From Candidatus Electronema halotolerans (GTDB taxonomy: Bacteria > Desulfobacterota > Desulfobulbia > Desulfobulbales > Desulfobulbaceae), in NCBI GenBank assembly GCA_942493095.1, contig OW818675.1, positions 1,800,001 to 1,832,000 on the forward strand: a DNA stretch of 32,000 bases, written 5' to 3'. A model generated the notes under the pieces. That model did no database searches. It saw only the letters and a program-made list of their open reading frames with translations, and was not told where the DNA came from. A program made the translations under genes and the position numbers. This document shows, piece after piece, positions 18,241-26,474 of this stretch; positions within the stretch are counted from its first letter, which is position 1, and each line of letters starts with the position of its first letter.

Positions 18241-18363
18241 AGGAGCCGCAGGCCAGCCTGCGCCCTGCGTATATCCTTGACAAATGCGGGCGGGCGGCGT
18301 AGGATATGCCGGCTGTGATCTTCCGCACTCATATCATGCAGTTCCTTCCCAAGGAGAAAAGCT

Positions 18364-18693
18364 ATGGCAACGATTCAATGGCGGCCTGAAGTCAACGCGC
18401 TCACCGTGCCGCAATCCTACTGGATTCGCTTCATACCGCGCAACTCGGCCAGCCGGAAAGACATTCTGCGGTCGGACGCGCTGCTCTTCAGCTTGCTGGA
18501 CATGCAGGAAGGCGGGCAGACAGGCCCGGTCGTGACCGTCACTGCCAACGGGGAACAGACCCTGCAAGGCTTCGGCGGCTCGGCAGTCAGCAGCCTGACT
18601 GTGCGGGTCGATGACTACGCCGCCCTCAAGTCGCTGATCCGCAACAGCTACAGCAGCAGGCTGGTCGATCTGCTCAACGTGGAGACGGCGTAG
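18364..18693 (+). CDS. Hypothetical protein (109 aa)
   Basis: ORF starting MATIQWRPEVNALTVPQSYWIRFIPR with good Shine-Dalgarno (aaggag) upstream. No family recognised. Confidence 0.65.
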   Translation: MATIQWRPEVNALTVPQSYWIRFIPRNSASRKDILRSDALLFSLLDMQEGGQTGPVVTVTANGEQTLQGFGGSAVSSLTVRVDDYAALKSLIRNSYSSRLVDLLNVETA

Positions 18694-18696
18694 GGC

Positions 18697-18740
18697 AATT
18701 CATTGTAGGGACAATTCATGAATTGTCCCTACAATGAATT
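18697..18740. repeat. 44-bp perfect palindrome in a nested imperfect inverted repeat (about 18692-18747)
   Basis: aattcattgtagggacaattcatgaattgtccctacaatgaatt is self-complementary. The outer arms agggc-aattcattg / caatgaatttgtccct extend it. Confidence 0.95.
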
Positions 18741-18757
18741 TGTCCCTCCAAGGCATT

Positions 18758-19570
18758 ATGAACCTGACAGACACCTACGCGCTGGTCCTCGGTGCGAGCC
18801 GGGGCATGGGCCGGGCCATTGCCCGCAGACTGGCCGCTGAAGGAGCGCGGCTGATCCTGCCGTGGTTTGACTGGCCAGAGTCGGTGCAGGAGATGGAAAA
18901 GGAATTTGCCGGTCATCTGTGCCTGCACGCTGACCTGCGCCGCCCGGACAGCGTGCAGGCTTTGGTGCGGCGCATTGAGGAGGACTGCGGCTGCCTCCAT
19001 ATTCTGATCAACAACATTGAGCGGGGCGGAATGCCAGTGCTGCATGGCAGTTATGACCGGCCCGTCAACAGCGAGCAGTGGCAGTTGGAACTGGAAACCA
19101 CGCTCCGGGCCAAGCAGCTTGTCTTTGATCATTGCCTGCCCCTGCTGCGGCGGGCCGAGCAGGCGGCTGTGGTCAACATTTCCTCCATTGCCGCCCTGAC
19201 CGGACGTTCCGGCCCGGCTGGACTGCTCTTCAGCGACGGCTACGCTGCCGCCAATCGTGGCATCAGCTCGCTCACCGAAACCTGGGCCAGACTCGGCGCG
19301 CCGACCATTCGGGTCAACGAGCTGATGCTCGGTCTCTTTGACCATCGGCACGGGCCGGGCACACGCGGCTGGGGCCTGCTCAGGCCAGCCGAGCAGGAAG
19401 CCCTGCTCCGCCACACCCTGCTGCGGCGCACTGGCAGTCCAGAAGAGGCCGCAGAAGCGGTCATGTTCCTCCTCCAGGCAGAGTTCATGACCGGCACAGT
19501 CCTGCGGCTGGATGGCGGCTTTGTCCTTGGCCACAGTCAGGTGCCGGACATGCCCGCAGGAGTGCTCTGA
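18758..19570 (+). CDS. Short-chain dehydrogenase/reductase-like protein
   Basis: MNLTDTYALVLGASRGMGRAIARRLAAEGARLIL (GxxxGxG nucleotide-binding), VVNISSIAAL, C-terminal FMTGTVLRLDGGF. The YxxxK motif appears as DGYAAANR. Confidence 0.85.
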   Translation: MNLTDTYALVLGASRGMGRAIARRLAAEGARLILPWFDWPESVQEMEKEFAGHLCLHADLRRPDSVQALVRRIEEDCGCLHILINNIERGGMPVLHGSYDRPVNSEQWQLELETTLRAKQLVFDHCLPLLRRAEQAAVVNISSIAALTGRSGPAGLLFSDGYAAANRGISSLTETWARLGAPTIRVNELMLGLFDHRHGPGTRGWGLLRPAEQEALLRHTLLRRTGSPEEAAEAVMFLLQAEFMTGTVLRLDGGFVLGHSQVPDMPAGVL

Positions 19571-19688
19571 AGCAAGCCTGTATTTGCAGTTGTCTTCGCC
19601 TTGCTCCCCTGTTTTTTCTCTCGTACAAGCCAAGCGGCAGACCATGCCGCTGAACTGTGAACTTCATCCCATTCAAGGAGGTTTCCTT

Positions 19689-21440
19689 ATGACTACACCG
19701 CAACATCCTTGCCGTCGGCTTTTCCTGCTGGCGCTGCTCTGCCTGTTCTGCCTGGGGCCGCATCTTGCTGCTGCGCAAAATGACCAAGCCCAAGTTGAAC
19801 AGGCCGCGCCGCAGACTGAGGCGGAAATGCTGAACAACATCATCGCGGCCAGAGACTCCCTCCAGCAGGAGCTGAATGCGGCCACCAAGGAGTGGAAGCA
19901 GGCCAAGACGGACGAGGAAAAATCTGTCCTGCACAAGACAGTTGAAGAACTGAGCGGACGGATGCAGATATTGGAGAAAGACTTCAAGCATATTGCCACG
20001 GGCGTGGATATCAGCCAGTTTGACCCGGTGACAGAAAAGATTGACTGGCAGAAAGAGCTGGAAGCGTTGTTCGCCCCGCTGGTTGAAGGGATGAAGAAAA
20101 TGACCGCCCGGCCCCGCGAACTGGAGCTGCTCCGCTATCAGGTGTCCCAGACCGAACAGCGCATTGCCCTGACAGAAAGCGCGGTGAAGAACATCAGTCA
20201 GCATCTTGACAAGACGGATTCCGCCTTGGTGAAAAAGGAGCTGAAAGCCATGCTCCAGTCGTGGATGCGGCGGAGCGAGGAGCTGCAAAGTCGCCTGGCC
20301 GCCTCCCAGCAGCAGCTTAAAGACAAGGAGCAGGAGGACGGGCTGATCTTCACCTCCCTGCGGGATGCATTCCGCCACCAAGGCATGGACTTGGCACTGG
20401 CTTTTGCCGCCTTGATCACGGTCATTCTGCTGATGAACTACGCCAAGCAGCGGCTCTACCGCAAAACTGGCTTGGGCAGACTTGGCGAGCATCGCTCCTT
20501 TCTCCTCCGGCTGGGTGAGATTGTTTATTATTTCCTCACCATGCTGGCTGGTATCAGCTCTTTTCTCATTGTTCTCTATCTGAGGACAGACTGGATCATG
20601 CTCGGTTTGAGCCTGGTCATGCTCTTTGGGCTGGCCTGGGCAGGCAAGCAGGCCCTGCCTCTGTTCTGGGAGCAGGTCAAGATGCTGCTCAATCTGAGCA
20701 CAGTCCGGGAAGGGGAGCGGCTCATCTATCAGGGCCTGCCGTGGAAGGTGCTGCCGATCAACATCTACACCAAGCTGCTCAATCCTGATCTCAAAGGCGG
20801 CATGATCCGTCTGCCCATCTCCTCGCTGGTCGGCCTGCAATCCCGGCCCTTTTACAAGGATGAGCCGTGGTTTCCCACCAAAACCGGCGATCTGATTGAG
20901 CTGTCTGACGGCGCAATCGGCACGATTTCCCTGCAAACCCCGGAGCAGGTGGTCATAGAGACCCGGAACGGCGCCTTCAAGACCTATTCAACCCTGACCT
21001 TTCTTGGTCTCAATCCGATCAACTACTCAGCCAACACCTTTGGCATCTTTGTCACCTTTGGCATTGATTACGACTGTCAGGCGCAAATCACCCGCACCAT
21101 TCCCTGCCTGCTGCGCGAGCATGTCATGGCGGTCTTGGCGGAAGAAGAATACGGCTCCGATCTGGTGGAGCTGCTGGTTGAGTTCAAGGCAGCCGCCGCC
21201 TCATCGCTCGATATTCTGCTGGCAGTCAAATTCCCCGGCAGTCAGGCAAGCAATTACTTTGCCATTTCCCGCTTTCTCCAGCGGGCAGCGGTTGATGCCT
21301 GCAACAAATACGGATGGGGCATTCCCTTCATGCAGATCACCCTGCATCAGGCCGAAGCGGAGAGCCAGGAGCTGGTTCGTGCGGCAGATTTTCAGGAATC
21401 TGCCAAAGAAGATTCTGTCCGCTTGACAGCCCAGCCGTGA
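19689..21440 (+). CDS. MscS-family mechanosensitive ion channel-like protein with N-terminal coiled coil
   Basis: Strong RBS aaggaggtttccttATG. Signal peptide MTTPQHPCRRLFLLALLCLFCLGPHLAAA, a coiled coil, several TM helices, then an MscS-like beta/C-terminal domain (GDLIELSDGAIGTISLQTPEQVVIETRNG). Confidence 0.75.
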   Translation: MTTPQHPCRRLFLLALLCLFCLGPHLAAAQNDQAQVEQAAPQTEAEMLNNIIAARDSLQQELNAATKEWKQAKTDEEKSVLHKTVEELSGRMQILEKDFKHIATGVDISQFDPVTEKIDWQKELEALFAPLVEGMKKMTARPRELELLRYQVSQTEQRIALTESAVKNISQHLDKTDSALVKKELKAMLQSWMRRSEELQSRLAASQQQLKDKEQEDGLIFTSLRDAFRHQGMDLALAFAALITVILLMNYAKQRLYRKTGLGRLGEHRSFLLRLGEIVYYFLTMLAGISSFLIVLYLRTDWIMLGLSLVMLFGLAWAGKQALPLFWEQVKMLLNLSTVREGERLIYQGLPWKVLPINIYTKLLNPDLKGGMIRLPISSLVGLQSRPFYKDEPWFPTKTGDLIELSDGAIGTISLQTPEQVVIETRNGAFKTYSTLTFLGLNPINYSANTFGIFVTFGIDYDCQAQITRTIPCLLREHVMAVLAEEEYGSDLVELLVEFKAAAASSLDILLAVKFPGSQASNYFAISRFLQRAAVDACNKYGWGIPFMQITLHQAEAESQELVRAADFQESAKEDSVRLTAQP

Positions 21441-21563
21441 GGCTTTATTTCTGGTTCTGAACGGCAAAGCACTCCGGTGATTTCGGTGCCGCTCTTATCT
21501 CAGGCATCCTCATAAGCGCACCTGAACCGCGCATCCACTTCTTCAAAGAAGCATCATCAAAAT

Positions 21564-22664
21564 ATGGAATCTCTCATCGAACAGGCTGGCCTTGCTGACA
21601 TTCTTGTCAAAGTCAGAAACAAGGAGCGGCTTTCCCTTGAAGACGGCAGGCGGCTCTACGAATGCCCGGACCTGCTGGCAGTCGGCTGGTTAGCCAATCT
21701 GGTCCGCGAGCGCAAGAACGGCGGACAAGCCTTTTTTGTCTATAATCAGCACATCAACTATTCCAACATCTGCACCAATCTCTGCAGGTTCTGTGCCTTT
21801 GGCAAGGAAAAGGGGCACAAGCTGGCTTACGAGATGAGCATTGAGGAGATCAAGGACAAGGTGCGGCAGCGGCTGGACGAGCCGATCACGGAAGTTCATA
21901 TTGTCGGCGGCCTTCATCCTGACCTGCCTTATTCCTATTATCTTGAGATGCTGCGGGCAGTCAAGGAGGTGCGGCCTGATGTCCATATTCAGGCTTTCAC
22001 CTGCGTGGAAATCCAGCATCTGGCCGATTTGGCCGACAAGTCCGTGGGCGAGACCTTAGAGGAGCTGAAAGAGGCCGGGCTTGGCTCGCTGCCTGGCGGC
22101 GGGGCCGAGGTTTTCAGCCCCCGCATCCGCGAGCTGACCTGCCCGAAGAAGCTGGACGGCGCAGGCTGGCTGCGGGTGGCCAAGACCGCGCACCGGCACG
22201 GCCTGAAGACCAATGCCACCATGCTTTATGGGCATGTTGAAACTGTTGCCGAGCGACTGGAGCATCTTGATGCCCTGCGGCGGGCGCAGGATGAGACCAG
22301 CGGCTTCCTGACCTTCATCCCGCTGGCTTTTCATCCCAAAAACACAGAGATGGCTGATCTGTCCCGCACCACGGGCGTGAACGATCTGAAGAGCATTGCC
22401 GTGGCCCGACTGATGCTTGACAACTTCCCGCACATCAAGGCGTATTGGGTGATGATTGGTCCCAAACTGGCGCAGGTGGCCCTGTCCTTTGGCGCGGATG
22501 ACATGGACGGCACGGTCAAGGAGGAGGTCATCACCCAGATGGCGGGCGGCGAGAGCGGCCAGGCCTTGGGCCATAAGACATTGATCCGTCTGATCCGGGA
22601 GGCGGGCCGCGTGCCGGTTGAGCGCGACACCCTCTACAACGTCTTGGTCCGGCATGATGCCTGA
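21564..22664 (+). CDS. mqnE: Aminofutalosine synthase (radical SAM, menaquinone via futalosine)
   Basis: HINYSNICTNLCRFCAFGKEKGHKLAYEMS (CxxxCxxC radical-SAM site), EVHIVGGLHPDLPYSYY, KTNATMLYGHVET, SFGADDMDGTVKEEVITQMAG. Confidence 0.88.
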   Translation: MESLIEQAGLADILVKVRNKERLSLEDGRRLYECPDLLAVGWLANLVRERKNGGQAFFVYNQHINYSNICTNLCRFCAFGKEKGHKLAYEMSIEEIKDKVRQRLDEPITEVHIVGGLHPDLPYSYYLEMLRAVKEVRPDVHIQAFTCVEIQHLADLADKSVGETLEELKEAGLGSLPGGGAEVFSPRIRELTCPKKLDGAGWLRVAKTAHRHGLKTNATMLYGHVETVAERLEHLDALRRAQDETSGFLTFIPLAFHPKNTEMADLSRTTGVNDLKSIAVARLMLDNFPHIKAYWVMIGPKLAQVALSFGADDMDGTVKEEVITQMAGGESGQALGHKTLIRLIREAGRVPVERDTLYNVLVRHDA

Positions 22665-23634
22665 AGCACTGCGAATCGGGACGGTGCAGCTTGCCAGTCC
22701 CTTTATTCTTGCGCCCTTGGCCGGTTACACCGACCTGCCGTTCCGCCTGCTCTGCCGCGAGGCCGGTGCCAGCCTGACTGTGTCAGAGATGATCAGCTGC
22801 CACGGCCTCAACTATGGCCAGCAGCAGACCTTGGCCATGCTCAAGAGCCTGCCAGAGGAGCGGCCTTGGGCAGTGCAGCTTTTCGGAGCCGAGCCGGAGA
22901 GCATGGGTCGGGCTGCCGCTTCAGTTGCGGCAATGCCTGTTGATATTATTGACATCAACATGGGCTGCCCTGTGCCCAAGGTGGTCAAGAAAGGCGCAGG
23001 CTCGGCCTTGATGAAGCCGGAGAACGTGGGGCTGGCTGAGGCGGTCATCCGGGCGGTGGTTCGCAATGCTGCGGACAAGCCAGTCACGGTCAAATTCCGC
23101 AGCGGCTGGGACGAGCAGTCAATCATTGCCCCGGAATTCGCCCGGATCTGCGAAGCTGCCGGAGCGGCGGCGCTGACCATTCATGCCCGCACCAAGGCCC
23201 AGCAGTTTGGCGGCAGGGCTGACCGGCAGATCATTGCCGCAGTCAAGCAGGCTGTGTCCATTCCAGTGATCGGCAACGGCGACATTTGCAGCCATGCGGA
23301 CGGACTGGCAATGATGACCGAGACTGGCTGCGATGCGGTGATGGTCGGACGGGCCGCCTTGGGCAATCCGTGGATTTTCCAGCCCAGCGGCAGACCGGAG
23401 ACGCTGGCCGGACGGCTGCCAGTCATCCGTCGCTATGCAGAGCTGGCCGAAGAGCATCTTGACGCAGCCCGGCTTCTTTCGCGCATCAAGCACCACACCT
23501 GCCGTTTTTTCAGCGGCCTGCCCGGAGCGGCCAACTTGCGGCAGGAGATCATTGCCTGCGCCAGTCTGGTAGAGATGCGGGAGCTGCTGGGGTGTATTCC
23601 AGGGCAAACGCATGACTTTTGCCCTGAGCTGTGA
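22654..23634 (+). CDS. dus: tRNA-dihydrouridine synthase (DusB-like)
   Basis: LAPLAGYTDLPFRLLCREAGASLTVSEMIS, VDIIDINMGCPVPKVVKKGAGSALM, LTIHARTKAQQFGG, VIGNGDI, DAVMVGRAALGNPWIF. The start overlaps mqnE. Confidence 0.93.
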   Translation: MMPEALRIGTVQLASPFILAPLAGYTDLPFRLLCREAGASLTVSEMISCHGLNYGQQQTLAMLKSLPEERPWAVQLFGAEPESMGRAAASVAAMPVDIIDINMGCPVPKVVKKGAGSALMKPENVGLAEAVIRAVVRNAADKPVTVKFRSGWDEQSIIAPEFARICEAAGAAALTIHARTKAQQFGGRADRQIIAAVKQAVSIPVIGNGDICSHADGLAMMTETGCDAVMVGRAALGNPWIFQPSGRPETLAGRLPVIRRYAELAEEHLDAARLLSRIKHHTCRFFSGLPGAANLRQEIIACASLVEMRELLGCIPGQTHDFCPEL

Positions 23635-23653
23635 GGGCTGTTCATTGCCGCAT

Positions 23654-24679
23654 TCAGAGCCACTTCTTCCGCTTGAAGTATATGGTCAGGCCAAAGGCGA
23701 TGGCCAGCATCAGGCCCCAGACCGCGCAGTAGCCGAACCGCCAGCGCAGCTCCGGCATCTGCTCAAAATTCATGCCGTAAACACCGACAATGAAGGTCAG
23801 AGGAATAAAGATGGTGGAGATGATGGTCAGCATTTTCATGATCTCATTCATGCGGTTGCTGATGCTGGACAGATAGGTGTCGTGCAGGCCGCTGAGAATG
23901 TCCCGGCAGGTCTCGGCCATGTCGATGATCTGGATGCTGTGATCGTGCAGGTCGCGCCAGAAAATGCCTGTCTCCTCATGCACCAAGGACGAGCCGCTTT
24001 TGGCAATCTTGCCCACGCCCTCGCGGAAGGGCCAGACCGCCTTGCGCAGCTTGAGAATGTCGCGTTTGAGGTGATGAATCTCTTGAATATCCTCGCTTCT
24101 CGGCTCGGTCAGGATTTGTTCGTCAATATCCTCAATCCGGTCGCTGATTCGCTCGACGATCAGGAAATATTGATCCACCACTGCGTCCATCAGGGAATAG
24201 GCGAGATAATCCGCGCCCAAGAAGCGGATGCGGTCAGCTGCGGCCCGGATGCGGCTGCGCACCGTGTCAAAGACATCGCCCGCATCCTCTATAAAAGAAA
24301 GCACATAGTTCTCACCCAGAATCAGACTGACATGCTCAATAAGCAGGCTGCTGGCCGCCTCGTTCCAGGTCATCATCTTGAAAACAATGAACAGATGCTG
24401 TGGGAATTCTTCGATCTTGGGCCGCTGGGTGGTGTTGACAATATCCTCCAAGGTCATCGGGTGGATGCCGAAGCAGCTGCCCAATGCCTCGATCAGGCTG
24501 AGGTCATGCACGCCGCTGACATTCATCCACGTGATGCCGGGCAGTTTCGCTGACTCGACGCATTGCTGCACTGTGACATTGCCCAGCTCGTTCAGTCCGG
24601 TCTCGCTGTACTGAATCAGGTCAATCCGAGCCTGCTCCTGCCGCTGCTCGCCGATGAAAACCATTGTGCCAGGGGCCAT
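23654..24679 (-). CDS. corA: CorA-family magnesium/cobalt transporter
   Basis: C-terminal IFIPLTFIVGVYGMNFEQMPELRWRFGY (GMN motif) and final TM with KRKKWL, plus N-terminal FKMMTWNE and LSLILGENYVLSF-like CorA sequence. Confidence 0.93.
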   Translation of the reverse strand: MAPGTMVFIGEQRQEQARIDLIQYSETGLNELGNVTVQQCVESAKLPGITWMNVSGVHDLSLIEALGSCFGIHPMTLEDIVNTTQRPKIEEFPQHLFIVFKMMTWNEAASSLLIEHVSLILGENYVLSFIEDAGDVFDTVRSRIRAAADRIRFLGADYLAYSLMDAVVDQYFLIVERISDRIEDIDEQILTEPRSEDIQEIHHLKRDILKLRKAVWPFREGVGKIAKSGSSLVHEETGIFWRDLHDHSIQIIDMAETCRDILSGLHDTYLSSISNRMNEIMKMLTIISTIFIPLTFIVGVYGMNFEQMPELRWRFGYCAVWGLMLAIAFGLTIYFKRKKWL

Positions 24680-24790
24680 GCCAGACTTGATGCCGGAGCC
24701 GCTGGGCTTTCTTTTTTTCTTTTTCGGTAACTACTCAGGCATCCGCCAAGCCTCTTGACAAAATCAACAGGTAAAGATTATGCTGCCGTT

Positions 24791-26263
24791 ATGAATTTCA
24801 GTGTTCCTAGTGAAAAAGAAGTCCGTGCTGCATACGCAGAAGGCGAAGAAGCGGTCGTCGCCCTGTTTAGCAGTATAACTGCGCAGGTTGAAAACCTCGC
24901 CGCTCAGTCAGCCAAGCAGTCCGAGATATTGAAGGATTTGCAGGCCCGGCTGTCGAAAAACAGTCGGAACAGCGGGAAACCGCCTTCGAGCGATGGATAC
25001 GGTAAAGCGAAGCGAACGGAAAGTCTGAGAGAGTCCGGCAGGAAGCCGAACGGCGGCCAGCCAGGTCATCAAGGGCATACTCTTGAGCGGTCTGCGGCAC
25101 CGGATTCTACGGAGAGGTATAAACCCGAGGAATGCGCGGCTTGCAAAATGTCGCTTGCGGATGTCGTCGCTGTCGGAGAGGAGGAACGGCAGGTTTATGA
25201 TATTCCGGCGATTCGGATTGAAGTGACCTCGCATCGAGCGGAAATAAAAATCTGTCCCGGCTGCGGCACGGAAAACAGAGGCAAATTCCCGGAAAACGTC
25301 GGACAGGGCATCCGTTACGGCACGGGGGTGAAAACTTGGGCGGCATATTTCGCGAACCAGCATCATATTCCGCTTGAACGGGCTGCGCAGATTATCGAAG
25401 ACCTGACCGGGCATTCCGTCTCCGAGGGTTCGCTGCTGAAGGCATCGGAAGAGCTTTGCGGATGCGTGCGTCCTTCAACGGAAGCAGTCGAAAAACTGCT
25501 CATGAATACCGATGTGTTACATGCCGATGAAAGCGGAGTCCGCGTGAAAGGGAAGCTGCACTGGCTGCATGTCGCTTCGACAGACTGCCTCACCCATTAT
25601 TCGGTGCATGAAAAACGGGGAAAAGAGGCGATGGACGCAGCGGGAATCCTTGGAAAGTTCACAGGAACAGCGACGCATGATCATTGGAAATCGTACTTCA
25701 GCTATGAAAACTGCGGTCATGCGCTGTGCAATGCGCATCATCTCCGGGAACTCAAGTTCATAGAAAAACAGTATGGACAAGTTTGGGCCGGCGAGATGGC
25801 CGAGCTGTTGCTTGAAATAAAAGGCGCGGCTGAAAAGCTGAAGCCGGATCGGGACGGCTTCGCGCCGGAGAAGATCGAAGAATTTGAGCGGCGGTATGAT
25901 GAAATCGTCCGACGGGGTTTTGCCGACAATCCGTTCACTCCGCCTAAGGAGAAAAAACGAGGACGGGCGAAGAAGACTCCGCCGCTCAATTTGCTGACAC
26001 GGATGCGTGATTACAGGGCGGAGACCCTCGCATTCATGTATGATTTCCGGGTTCCGTTCGACAACAACGCGGCGGAAAGAGATGTGCGGATGATCAAGGT
26101 CAAGCAGAAGGTTTCCGGCTGCTTCCGAACACTTGAGGGAGCAGAACGATTCGCCTGTATCCGGGGATATATCTCCACGGTCCGTAAAAATTCAAGAAAC
26201 ATTTTTGAAGCGATCAAAGATGCTTTCCTTGGAAGTCCTTTTATCCCCGATGCCGCAGTATAA
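24791..26263 (+). CDS. IS66-family transposase (TnpC)
   Basis: N-terminal coiled coil, KNSRNSGKPPSSDGYGK, IKICPGCG, VLHADESGVRVKGKLHWLHVASTD, HLRELKFI and FDNNAAERDVRMIKVKQKVSGCFRT. The ORF track's TTG start at 24755 would add 12 aa. Confidence 0.95.
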   Translation: MNFSVPSEKEVRAAYAEGEEAVVALFSSITAQVENLAAQSAKQSEILKDLQARLSKNSRNSGKPPSSDGYGKAKRTESLRESGRKPNGGQPGHQGHTLERSAAPDSTERYKPEECAACKMSLADVVAVGEEERQVYDIPAIRIEVTSHRAEIKICPGCGTENRGKFPENVGQGIRYGTGVKTWAAYFANQHHIPLERAAQIIEDLTGHSVSEGSLLKASEELCGCVRPSTEAVEKLLMNTDVLHADESGVRVKGKLHWLHVASTDCLTHYSVHEKRGKEAMDAAGILGKFTGTATHDHWKSYFSYENCGHALCNAHHLRELKFIEKQYGQVWAGEMAELLLEIKGAAEKLKPDRDGFAPEKIEEFERRYDEIVRRGFADNPFTPPKEKKRGRAKKTPPLNLLTRMRDYRAETLAFMYDFRVPFDNNAAERDVRMIKVKQKVSGCFRTLEGAERFACIRGYISTVRKNSRNIFEAIKDAFLGSPFIPDAAV

Positions 26264-26272
26264 AAAACGAGT

Positions 26273-26309
26273 AAGGCCGTCTTCAGCACTTCTGAAAACG
26301 GCCTTTTTT
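26273..26309 (+). terminator. Terminator inside the right end of the IS66 element
   Basis: aaggccgtcttcag ... ctgaaaacggcctttttt. Confidence 0.75.
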
Positions 26310-26412
26310 GTCAGGCTGAGTAGTTACCTTTTTCGTTGATCGGGACATTGTCTCAAGCTGCTTTGTTCAGGGCAGGTCAGCAAAGGCGGCAGAAGCTGCC
26401 TGCCGCCCATCG

Positions 26413-26474
26413 TCAAACCATGCCCGCCGCCTTGAGCAGACTGCTTTCCGGCGTGCCGAACCAAGTTCCTGCGC
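26413..26474 (-). pseudogene. Decayed duplicate of the 3' terminal 63 nt of pgi
   Basis: tcaaaccatgcccgccgccttgagcagactgctttccggcgtgccgaaccaagttcctgcgc closely matches 29202-29264 (the pgi C-terminus QELGSDRPESSLLKAAGMV*), with a few substitutions and one 1-nt deletion that shifts the frame. Confidence 0.88.

Larger units (their letters stand above)
24727..26327 (+). mobile_element. IS66-family insertion sequence, 1601 bp, single-ORF type (tnpC only)
   Basis: The ends are 12-bp perfect TIRs, gtaactactcag (left 24727; right as reverse complement ending 26327). They are flanked by an 8-bp direct repeat ctttttcg at 24719-24726 and 26328-26335. The GTAA termini and 8-bp TSD are characteristic of IS66. 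Confidence 0.95.

Noticed and set aside
18080-18290. Possible CRISPR-like array
   Set aside because: Repeats are degenerate, the intervening sequence is itself repetitive, and no cas genes are present.
17870-18328. 152-aa minus-strand Cys/His-containing ORF over the degenerate repeat
   Set aside because: Tempting metal-binding look (CSCGTCTCRH..., TSADVLGRTCRDV) but the residues come from tgc/cat words of the DNA repeat. It overlaps the 3' end of the TPR gene. A DNA-level repeat is the simpler explanation.
19485-20936. 483-aa minus-strand ORF
   Set aside because: Antisense shadow of the MscS-like and SDR genes; no recognisable domain.
23612-24553. 313-aa plus-strand ORF opposite corA
   Set aside because: Antisense shadow of CorA, which carries the GMN motif.
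26386-26407. Short inverted repeat near the pgi tail copy considered as IS end or attachment site
   Set aside because: Arms are short and imperfect and no integrase or matching partner was seen.
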